Of a stretch of 64,000 nt of DNA, positions 1 to 7,353 are shown piece by piece. The notes under the pieces were generated by a model. The model was not told the DNA's origin, did not search any database, and worked only from the letters and a program-made list of their open reading frames with translations. Positions within the stretch are counted from its first letter, which is position 1. Every line of letters starts with the position of its first letter. Made by a program: the position numbers and the translations under genes. Source of the stretch: an uncultured Treponemataceae bacterium (lineage in GTDB: Bacteria > Spirochaetota > Spirochaetia > Treponematales > Rectinemataceae); the NCBI GenBank assembly GCA_964404145.1, contig CAYOIX010000005.1:117196-181195 (forward strand), read 5' to 3'.

Positions 1-144
1 GGCGTCTTCTTCGGCATGCTGCCGGACGGCGCCGGGCAGAACGTCTTCGGCCCGATCTACGATCTCTTCGCCCAGAACCCGGACAACATCGATCAGTTCG
101 TCGCGGACATGAAGAAGGCCGTCGCAGGCCTCCCCAAGATGTGA
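1..144 (+). CDS. C-terminal end of an ABC-transporter extracellular solute-binding protein (5' part lies outside the window)
   Basis: Frame 1 is open from the window edge (...DNIDQFVADMKKAVAGLPKM*) to TGA 142-144. It is followed by a hairpin and two MalF/MalG-type permease genes, the usual SBP-permease-permease order. Confidence 0.5.
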   Translation, partial: GVFFGMLPDGAGQNVFGPIYDLFAQNPDNIDQFVADMKKAVAGLPKM

Positions 145-168
145 CCGGCCGTTAATCCATCCGTGCGA

Positions 169-197
169 GGCCCCCGCCGGCGACGCCGGCGGGGGCC
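169..197 (+). terminator. Perfect GC-rich palindrome (14-nt arms around a single A) between the SBP gene and the permease genes; intra-operon stem-loop or partial terminator
   Basis: ggcccccgccggcg-a-cgccggcgggggcc read directly from the sequence. There is no clear T-tract after it. Confidence 0.45.
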
Positions 198-264
198 GGA
201 GGCGAAGGCCTCGCACGACGAAGATCGCCGGGCCGCAGCCCGGCACGGAACGAGGGTTCAAGCG

Positions 265-1152
265 ATGCGCCGACATAGCCTTGCTAAGGTCCTCTTCGTC
301 CTCCCCTGCGTGTTCGCGTTCGCGATGGTCATGCTGATCCCTTTCTTCTTTGGACTCTTCTACTCCATGACCGATTGGAACGGGGTCTCCCAGTCGATCA
401 AGTTCGTGGGATTCGTCCATTTCGCGAAAGCCCTCACCGAGCCGGGCTTCCTTTATTCCTTCCTCATCACGATGGCCTACACGGCGATAAACGTAGTCCT
501 CGTCAACGTGGTCGGCTTCGCCTTGGCCCTTATCGTCACGGGCAACCTGCGCTTCCGCAACTTGTACCGCGCGGGCTTCTTCACCCCCTACCTCATCGGC
601 GGCATCGTGCTGGGCTACATCTGGCAGTTCCTCTTCAACAGCGCCGTGCCCGCTCTCGGCAAGGCCCTCGCGATCGGGCACTTGCAAACCTCGCCGCTGA
701 GCCGGCCCGACGCCGTCATCTGGGCCATGTCGGTCGTCAACACCTGGCAGTACGCGGGCTACATCATGCTCATCTTCATAGCGGCCATCCAGGCGATTCC
801 CGCCTCGCTCATGGAGGCGGCCAAGATCGACGGGGCCGGATACTTCCGACGAGTGACCAGGATCCTCATACCGATGACGGCCAACGCCTTCACCATCTCG
901 CTTTTCCTGACCCTCACGACCTCGTTCAAGCAGTACGACATGAACTTCACCCTCACGAGAGGAGGTCCCGCGACACGCTTCTTCGACCAGCCGGTCAAGG
1001 CCAGCCAGCTCCTCGCCATGAATATCTTCGACACGGCCCAAGCCAACTATATGGCCGAGGCCCAGGCCAAGGCCGTGATCCTCTTCGTCGCCCTCGTCGT
1101 CGTGTCGCTCGTCCAGGTATCGGTCAACAAGAGAAAGGAGGTGGAGATGTGA
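265..1152 (+). CDS. Carbohydrate ABC transporter permease (MalF/UgpA-like)
   Basis: Translation from ATG 265 (MRRHSLAKVLFVLPCVFAFAMVMLIPFFFGLFYSMTDWNG...) has multiple TM segments and the EAA-type loop (LMEAAKIDGAGYFRRVTRILIPM). The Arg-rich 34 aa upstream of M35 in the 163 ORF look non-coding. Confidence 0.9.
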   Translation: MRRHSLAKVLFVLPCVFAFAMVMLIPFFFGLFYSMTDWNGVSQSIKFVGFVHFAKALTEPGFLYSFLITMAYTAINVVLVNVVGFALALIVTGNLRFRNLYRAGFFTPYLIGGIVLGYIWQFLFNSAVPALGKALAIGHLQTSPLSRPDAVIWAMSVVNTWQYAGYIMLIFIAAIQAIPASLMEAAKIDGAGYFRRVTRILIPMTANAFTISLFLTLTTSFKQYDMNFTLTRGGPATRFFDQPVKASQLLAMNIFDTAQANYMAEAQAKAVILFVALVVVSLVQVSVNKRKEVEM

Positions 1153-2009
1153 CGCGAAGACGCCGCGCCGCCCGCGCGCTGGGGGAAGCCCTCGTCGTCC
1201 TCTTCCTCGCGATCTTCCTCATCCCCTTCGTCATGGTCGTGATGAACTCGGCCAAGACATCGAAGGACATTCTCTACGACACCCTCGCGCTGCCATCCGA
1301 TTGGGGACAGCTGTTCGCGAACGTCGGGCTCATCTTCAACAATCACACGGTCCACTATGCCAATGCCTTCCTCGACAGCACGCTGATCACCTTCTTCTCG
1401 CTCGCGGTCATAGCGCTCTTCTCGTCGATGTGCGCATGGGCCCTCGTGCGCACGCGGTCGGCCTGGTCCACGATCCTGTTCTTCGCGTTCGTCGCGGCGA
1501 TGGTGATCCCCTTCCAGGTCCTCATGTTCCCCCTGGTGCGATGGATGCGCGTCCTCGGGGACTTCATCCATTTCAGGCTCCTGCAGTCGATCCCGGGCAT
1601 CGTCTTCGCCTATCTCGGCTTCGGATGTCCCCTTTCCATCTTCATCTTCCACGGCTTCATAAAGAACATTCCCTACGAGCTCGAGGAGTCGGCTACAATC
1701 GACGGCTGCAGCCAATCGCGGACCTTCTTCGCGATCGTGTTCCCCCTCCTCCAGCCGATCATCATCACGGTCCTCATACTCAACGGCATCTGGATCTGGA
1801 ACGACTACCTCCTCCCCCTCCTGATGCTCGGCTCCAACGGCGCCGTGCAGACGGTCCCGGTCGCGGTGACCGCCTTCGCGGGGGCATATCTCAAGCAATG
1901 GGACCTCATCCTCACCTCGACGCTGATCGCCATACTGCCGGTCATCGTCCTCTATCTCTTCGCCCAGAGGTACATCATCAAGGGAATGATCGAGGGAGCG
2001 ATAAAGTAG
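1149..2009 (+). CDS. Carbohydrate ABC transporter permease (MalG/UgpE-like)
   Basis: GTG 1149 overlaps the upstream stop (ATGTGA). VTRRRRAARALGEALVVLFLAIFLIPFVMVVMNSAKT..., EAA loop ELEESATIDGCSQSRTFFAIVFPLL, C-terminus YIIKGMIEGAIK. Confidence 0.9.
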   Translation: MTRRRRAARALGEALVVLFLAIFLIPFVMVVMNSAKTSKDILYDTLALPSDWGQLFANVGLIFNNHTVHYANAFLDSTLITFFSLAVIALFSSMCAWALVRTRSAWSTILFFAFVAAMVIPFQVLMFPLVRWMRVLGDFIHFRLLQSIPGIVFAYLGFGCPLSIFIFHGFIKNIPYELEESATIDGCSQSRTFFAIVFPLLQPIIITVLILNGIWIWNDYLLPLLMLGSNGAVQTVPVAVTAFAGAYLKQWDLILTSTLIAILPVIVLYLFAQRYIIKGMIEGAIK

Positions 2010-2023
2010 GCTCGACAAAATAG

Positions 2024-2040
2024 GTTCCCGACGCGGGAAC
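2024..2040 (-). terminator. Small hairpin (gttcccg-acg-cgggaac) followed by UAUUUUG on the minus strand; candidate intrinsic terminator for a minus-strand transcript coming from the tRNA-Thr side
   Basis: A 7-bp stem is seen in the sequence. The T-rich run is present only in minus-strand orientation. Confidence 0.35.
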
Positions 2041-2290
2041 GAAGCCACTATTCGGAGGATTCTCATTAAACGCATACGCAAAACCGGCGCATAGCCATTC
2101 CTTCCGACAGTCGAAGTGAGATGACCGGCGCCGGTTTTCCGGTAACCGTAAGTCCTTATCCTGTAAATCCGAGACTGGAAATAGGCCGCTTTGCGGCCTG
2201 AGCCGGGAAGAATGGATTGTAGCATGCGCTGTCGCGCATGTCGGCTTCGAATCCTTCTCGTTCGATTCTCGATCTCCGCCTTAATGATGA

Positions 2291-2310
2291 AGCCCGCAGG
2301 CCTGCGGGCT
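2291..2310 (-). terminator. Perfect 20-nt palindrome agcccgcagg/cctgcgggct immediately 3' of tRNA-Thr
   Basis: Self-complementary GC-rich sequence 8 nt downstream of the tRNA 3' end. No strong U-tract. Confidence 0.35.
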
Positions 2311-2317
2311 TCGGGTT

Positions 2318-2390
2318 AGCCGAGATCGAGAATCGAACTCGACACCTGCGCATTACGAGTGCGCCGCTCTGCCAAATGAGCTATCTCGGC
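2318..2390 (-). tRNA. tRNA-Thr (anticodon CGU)
   Basis: The reverse complement folds as a cloverleaf: GCCGAGA-TA-GCTC...GAGC-G-GCGCA-CTCGTAA-TGCGC-AGGTG-TCGAG-TTCGATT-CTCGA-TCTCGGC-T. All four stems are fully paired. No encoded CCA. Confidence 0.9.
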
Positions 2391-2453
2391 GTGCGGAAAC
2401 CAATATATCCGAGTCCCCATTCCCAAATCAAGGGGAGTCGCGCATCGCGCGGA

Positions 2454-4109
2454 TCAGTATTTGAACTCGCTATCTCCTATAAACTCGCGGAGCAGGCTGT
2501 CGCCGGGGACGCTGGTCGAGGGAATGGGCGCGAAGTTGTCCAGGAAGGCCTGGAGGCGCCGCGCCTCGGAGTACTCGACGCAGGTGGGCTTGACGGTCCT
2601 CAGCAGAGGTTCGGCGTAGACCTTGAGGACCCCCAGCTCGTAGTCGAGGGCGGAGTTGAATGCGGTGTCGGCGCTGTTCTGGTAGGGGAAGATGTACTTG
2701 TTCGTCCCGGCCTGGACCGAGGGCCACATCTTGAGGGTGGCCTGGGCCGAGTGGCCGCGGAAGTTGTAGTCGCGCACCATGCGCCTGAGGAGGCGGTTGT
2801 CGGTGGTGCTGACGCGGTTGTGGTCGTCCAGGTTGATCTGGGTGAGGGCGCTCACGTAAATCTTGAATTTCCGATCCCGCTGCACCCGCGGGGTCAGCGC
2901 GTCGTTGAGGCCATGGATGCCTTCCATCACGAGCATGCCTCGCGCGCCGAGCCTGAGCTTCCTGCCTGAGCTCTTCCGCATGCCGGTCTTGAAATCGAAG
3001 GACGGCAGCTCGATCTCGTCGCCGCGGAAGAGGGCGACCAGCTGCTCGTTCAGGAAGTCTATGTCGAGGGCCTCGAGGCACTCGAAATCGTAATCGCCGT
3101 TCTCGTCGCGGGGCGTTCGCTCGCGATCGACGAAATAGTCGTCGAGGGAGATGACGACGGGCTCGAAGCCGATGACCTTGAGCTGGATGGCCAGCTTTTT
3201 GGACGTGGTCGTCTTGCCCGAGCTCGAGGGGCCGGCGATGAGGACTATCTTCACCGCTCCGGCCTTCGCGGCGATCTCGTCGGCTATGGCCGCGATCTTC
3301 TTGTTCTGCAGGGCCTCCGCGACCTGGATGTAGTCCTTGATTCCCTTGGAGGCGTTCACCTTGTTCAAGGCGCCCACAGAGGCGACGCCGAGGACGCGGG
3401 AGCGCTCCCTCGTCTCCTTGGCGATGGCGTAGAGCACGGGGTCGTCCACGAAGGCCGTGAGCGTATCGGGCGCCTCCTTGTGCGGGTAGCGCAGGAGGAA
3501 GCCCTCGTTGTAGGGCCTCAGGGAGAAAGTCCGCAAGACGCCGGTGGAAGGGACGAGGGGCGCCACGTGGAGATCCCGGAAGCCGGAGCACTCGTTGAGG
3601 GGTATGATCCCGTCGTTAAGGTGCTCGAGGAGGAGGAGGGTCCCGGGCTGGTCCGAGGATTTGAAGTACTCGATGGCGGCCTCCCAGGCGCGCCACTCGA
3701 TGCAGATGGCGATGTCGCGCTCGACCAGGGAGCGCATGCTGGCCTCGAGGATGGCGATCTCCTCGGGGCTGACGATGTGGTCGTCGTCGAAATAGTGGAA
3801 GAAGCCCGTGCCGATGGCCATCCCGGCCATAAGGCGCCGCTCCGGGAAGAGCTGCTTGGCCGCGACGGCGAGGAGAAAGCAGAGCGAGCGCCGGTAGGTC
3901 GTCGCGCCCTGGGCCGTATCGAGGGTTATCGGCTGGACGGTGCAGTCGGTCAGGAGCTGGGCGTCGAGGCTCTTGAGCTCGTTGTTGACGAGCACGGCGG
4001 CGAGGGGCCAGGCCAGGCTTCCCATCTTCCCGATGACGTCCTGGGCCTTCACTCCGGCGGGATAGGCCACCTTTTCGCCGGACGCATAGGTTACGGTGAC
4101 CTGCTTCAT
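2454..4109 (-). CDS. Nucleoside (uridine-kinase family) kinase with an N-terminal ThrRS-like TGS domain
   Basis: 551 aa. The N-terminus MKQVTVTYASGEKVAYPAGVKAQDVIGKM... resembles TGS/ThrRS N-domains. P-loop IAGPSSSGKTTTSKKL and a uridine-kinase-like C-terminal half. Confidence 0.8.
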   Translation of the reverse strand: MKQVTVTYASGEKVAYPAGVKAQDVIGKMGSLAWPLAAVLVNNELKSLDAQLLTDCTVQPITLDTAQGATTYRRSLCFLLAVAAKQLFPERRLMAGMAIGTGFFHYFDDDHIVSPEEIAILEASMRSLVERDIAICIEWRAWEAAIEYFKSSDQPGTLLLLEHLNDGIIPLNECSGFRDLHVAPLVPSTGVLRTFSLRPYNEGFLLRYPHKEAPDTLTAFVDDPVLYAIAKETRERSRVLGVASVGALNKVNASKGIKDYIQVAEALQNKKIAAIADEIAAKAGAVKIVLIAGPSSSGKTTTSKKLAIQLKVIGFEPVVISLDDYFVDRERTPRDENGDYDFECLEALDIDFLNEQLVALFRGDEIELPSFDFKTGMRKSSGRKLRLGARGMLVMEGIHGLNDALTPRVQRDRKFKIYVSALTQINLDDHNRVSTTDNRLLRRMVRDYNFRGHSAQATLKMWPSVQAGTNKYIFPYQNSADTAFNSALDYELGVLKVYAEPLLRTVKPTCVEYSEARRLQAFLDNFAPIPSTSVPGDSLLREFIGDSEFKY

Positions 4110-4193
4110 GTTCTGTACGCTCCTTGGCTCGGAGATAATTCTAGCCTATAGTCCCGCGGGCCGCAATCGCGCCGGCGCGAGGCAGGCGGTGCC

Positions 4194-4382
4194 TTAGGGC
4201 CCGAGCTCTATCCACTTCTCCGACGTGCAGGGCAGCACCTCGAAGGGCGAATCCTGGGCGAAGGCGACTACCTTCCCGCGACGAGCTAGGCAGCAGCGGA
4301 TCCAGCCGAAGACGCGGGCCTCGATGGAGCCGGGAAGCTTCCTCCGGCCGGCCGCCTCCCAGCCCAGGGGAGGGCGGTGCAT
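4194..4382 (-). CDS. Possible small hypothetical protein or gene fragment (62 aa)
   Basis: Third-codon positions in this frame are almost all G/C, like real genes here. No recognisable family. It sits in a region that looks degraded. Confidence 0.25.
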   Translation of the reverse strand: MHRPPLGWEAAGRRKLPGSIEARVFGWIRCCLARRGKVVAFAQDSPFEVLPCTSEKWIELGP

Positions 4383-4740
4383 CCATCGGTATGCTGACCA
4401 GCGAGGCTGCGAGGGCGTAGAGGAACTCGATCCTGGCGAGGGCGAGGCTCAGCCGTCAGGGTCGCCGCGGTCGCCGAGCTCGAGGGCCAGGGCCTTCAGA
4501 TCCCCGGGCGTTCGCGGTATTTCTCGAGAAGCAGGGCTTCGAGACCGCTGAAACAGAAACCGGCCCGCGTCTTTGCCGTAAAGACTCGAAAAATGGCCAA
4601 AGATGACATCGTGGCGGTAACCGAGACGAGAAAAGAACAGGGAATCTCCTCCTTCTCGTCCGCCTCTTGGCCTTCGGCTGGGGCGGGCTTATCATGGCCC
4701 TTGGAGGCCAAGCGATGCGGAATTCGAAGCACCCCCCTTT

Positions 4741-5394
4741 TTCTGGATCATCCTGGGCTATGTCTGGCAGTTCATCTTCAACGACGCGGGACCTTCGGTC
4801 GGCGCCATCCTCGGGCTCGCCTCATGGGCCGACCCCGGCAAGCTCATCCTGGCGAAGAGCTCCACCGCCCTGGTCGGCCTGGTCATAGTCGGCACATGGC
4901 AATACGCCGGCTATATTATGGTCATCTACGTCGCGGCGATCGAGAACATGCCTCAGAAGCTCATCGAGGCCGCCCAGATTTACGGCGCCTCTCCCCTACG
5001 CCGCCTCGTCACCATCACCCTGTTCCTGACCCTGGTCAATTCCTTCAAGCAATTCGACGTCAACGTCTCCCTCACCGCGGAAGGTCCCTCGGTCATGTTC
5101 ATGGGCAAGCCCATCTACGGCACCGAGCTTCTCGCCATGAGCATCTACAACCAGCGCTTCAGGTCGAACTACGTGGCCGGCGGCCAGGCGCGGGCGGTGG
5201 TGTTCTTCCTCGTCTTCGTGGCGGCCATGGTCGTGCCCTTCCAGATCGTAATGTTCCCTCTCCTCACGTGGTTCAGGGCCCTCGCGCGGATAACGGGCAT
5301 CATCCTCGCCTACAACGGCTTCCGGATGTCCCAGTCGATCTTCATGGCCCGGAAGTCGATCATCAAGGGCATGGTAGCAGGCTCGATAAAGTAG
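4741..5394 (+). pseudogene. Chimeric remnant of a second sugar-ABC permease pair (MalF-like C-terminal part fused in frame to MalG-like fragments)
   Basis: The translation FWIILGYVWQFIFN...TWQYAGYIMVIYVAAIENMPQKLIEAAQIYGASPLRR... parallels permease 265-1152. The rest (AMVVPFQIVMFPLLTWFRAL...SIIKGMVAGSIK*) parallels the middle and C-terminus of permease 1149-2009. N-terminal TM segments and most of the second permease are missing. Confidence 0.6.
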
Positions 5395-5415
5395 AGCGAA
5401 AGCGAAAGAAGACAG

Positions 5416-6477
5416 ATGCGTCCCACCATCACCGATATCGCCAGTCGCGCAGGAGTGTCGAAGACCACCGTCTCCTTCGCGCTGAACGATCCGAGCCGCA
5501 TCTCGGCGGAGACCTACGCACGGATCATGGCCATAGTCGCCGAGCTGGACTACGTTCCCGACCCGGTCGCCAGGACTCTGACCACGAAGCGGCTGGGCGC
5601 CCTCGGGCTCCTCCTCCCCCAGCCCATCGACGAGGCGCTGCGCAACCCCTATATCTGCGAGGTTATCCGCGGCATCGGCGAGGTCTGCGAGGAGCACGAG
5701 CTATCGCTCACCATGCTCCCCCCGATCAGGGGAAAGATCATCGAGGCCGCCCGTCGGGCCTTCGTCGACGGCCTCCTGACCATAGGCGTCGGGCCCGACC
5801 ACGAGGTCGTCGGGATCCTCCATCGCCGGCACGTTCCCTTCGTGACCATCGACGGGGGCGAGGTGGAGGCCACGGTGAATGTCGGCATAGACGACGCCGA
5901 CGCGGCCTATGGGCTCATGAGGCACGTACTCGGGCTCGGCCATCGCAGGCTGGCGGTACTCGCCCTCAGGCCCGAGACTCTGAGCCTTCCCGAGAAGCGC
6001 TACTCCCTGGTGAGCGACCGACGGCTCGCGGGCTTCTCCCGCGCCCTCGCCGAGGCGGGTCTGAGGCTCGACTCGCCGCAGATAGAGGTCATCCCCGTCG
6101 AATGCTCAATGGAGGGCGGCGCGGCGGCGGCTTTCGAGATCCTCTCGCGCGGCGCGGGGGAGCCGACGGCGATACTCGCGATGGCCGACGCCGTCGCCCT
6201 CGGCGTGTACGAGGCTTGCGGGCGGCTGGGCTTGTCGATCCCGGGCGACCTCAGCGTCGTAGGCTTCGACGACATCCCGGAGGCCGCGCGGGCCAAGCCC
6301 GCCCTCACCACGGTGCATCAACCGGGCAAGGGAAAAGGCTCGGCCGCGGGAGGCTTGGTGGTCCGACTGCTCGCCGGAGGGAAGCCCGGCCACCTGATGC
6401 TCACTTCTTCCCTCGTAGTGCGCGAATCCTGCTCCGAACCGCGTCAACGCGAGCTCCGCATCGGGATGCGGGATTAG
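5416..6477 (+). CDS. LacI-family transcriptional regulator
   Basis: N-terminal HTH MRPTITDIASRAGVSKTTVSFALND plus a periplasmic-binding-protein-like sugar-binding core (…VGFDDIPEA…TTVHQP). Confidence 0.9.
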   Translation: MRPTITDIASRAGVSKTTVSFALNDPSRISAETYARIMAIVAELDYVPDPVARTLTTKRLGALGLLLPQPIDEALRNPYICEVIRGIGEVCEEHELSLTMLPPIRGKIIEAARRAFVDGLLTIGVGPDHEVVGILHRRHVPFVTIDGGEVEATVNVGIDDADAAYGLMRHVLGLGHRRLAVLALRPETLSLPEKRYSLVSDRRLAGFSRALAEAGLRLDSPQIEVIPVECSMEGGAAAAFEILSRGAGEPTAILAMADAVALGVYEACGRLGLSIPGDLSVVGFDDIPEAARAKPALTTVHQPGKGKGSAAGGLVVRLLAGGKPGHLMLTSSLVVRESCSEPRQRELRIGMRD

Positions 6478-6487
6478 GTCCGGGCTC

Positions 6488-7321
6488 TTGCGGTTCGCGG
6501 AGGACGCCGAGCGATTCATGACGCCCGGTGGAGACAGGCTGGTTTCCCTCGCCGGGCTTCTCGCGGCCCGCTCCGTCCGCTATTCGATCGTCAAGACGGG
6601 CGACGCGAGGCACGTCCTGGTACGCATGGGGAAGTCGAAGCCGCGTCTCGCCTTCGTGGCCCACTATGACAGGATCGAAGGCAGCCCGGGGGCCCTCGAC
6701 AATTCCTGCGCGTGCCTCCAGCTCGTGGAGTTCGCCGCGCGCAGATCGGCCGCCCATTCTCCAACGCCATCCTTCCTCGTAGCCTTCACCGACGCCGAGG
6801 AGGCGCCGGGCTCGGGGGAGGCCACCCGGCAAGGCTCCTACGCCCTGGCGCGAAGATTGAAGGTCGCCGCGGGCACCGGACCCGGCAAATCGATGGCCGC
6901 GATTGTGCTCGACGTGACCGGGAGGGGAGGGCGGCTCCTCCTATCGACGGCGCCCGCCGGACTCCTCGAGAGGACCGGGCTCTCGCTTTCGAACGCCGCG
7001 AAGGGCCACCGCTTCCTCGTCGGGCTCGCGCGGCGCTCGGCCGCGCGAGCGGGTCTGGCCGAGCCTCAGGAAGCCGCCCTCCCCTGGTCCGACGACCTCG
7101 GCCTGACCCTGGGTGGCCTTCCGGCCCTCGTGCTCAGCCTGCTTCCCGAGACCGAGGCCGCGATGCTGGCCGCGGGGAAGCGGCCTCCGCTCTGGAGCCT
7201 CCTCCATACCAAGGCCGACTCACCCGACCTGGCGGAAGAGGCTTCCTTCGCGCTCGTCTCGGCTCTCCTCGACGCCTTCGTCGACGAGCTTGCGCTGGCG
7301 CCCGAGGCTTCCCTATACTGA
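6488..7321 (+). CDS. M28-like peptidase family protein (putative)
   Basis: Motifs FVAHYDRIEGSPGALDNSCA and FLVAFTDAEEAPG resemble the M28 metal-ligand segments. The start is uncertain: TTG 6488, or ATG 6518 preceded by GGAGGA. Confidence 0.45.
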   Translation: MRFAEDAERFMTPGGDRLVSLAGLLAARSVRYSIVKTGDARHVLVRMGKSKPRLAFVAHYDRIEGSPGALDNSCACLQLVEFAARRSAAHSPTPSFLVAFTDAEEAPGSGEATRQGSYALARRLKVAAGTGPGKSMAAIVLDVTGRGGRLLLSTAPAGLLERTGLSLSNAAKGHRFLVGLARRSAARAGLAEPQEAALPWSDDLGLTLGGLPALVLSLLPETEAAMLAAGKRPPLWSLLHTKADSPDLAEEASFALVSALLDAFVDELALAPEASLY

Positions 7322-7353
7322 CACGCGCCGCCAAAGCGACAAGGAGAGCAGTC

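Noticed and set aside
163-264. N-terminal extensions of ORFs in the track (163-264 here; also 6712-7353, 27223-27354, 29062-29361, 29445-29693, 29945-30037, 45232-45384)
   Set aside because: The extensions are Arg/Pro-rich, overlap the preceding gene, and lack family similarity. Internal starts with an RBS or stop-start overlaps (ATGA, GTGA, TGATG) fit the conserved N-termini.
2090-2140. Possible SRP (4.5S) RNA because of a GGAAGGAA-containing segment on the minus strand
   Set aside because: The conserved helix-8 context (…GGUCC-GGAA-GGAAGCAGC…) is not reproduced (GUC-GGAA-GGAAUGGC). The closing base pairs and the AGCAGC motif are missing.
2240-2285. A second tRNA gene on the plus strand, suggested by two T-loop-like motifs
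   Set aside because: No 5-bp T-stems, anticodon arm or acceptor pairing can be drawn. I treat these as fragments or scars rather than a gene.
4593-6521. 642-aa plus-strand ORF spanning the pseudogene and the LacI gene
   Set aside because: The translation is dominated by Arg, Pro and Gly, which is typical of an off-frame read in GC-rich DNA. It overlaps a clearly recognisable LacI regulator in another frame.
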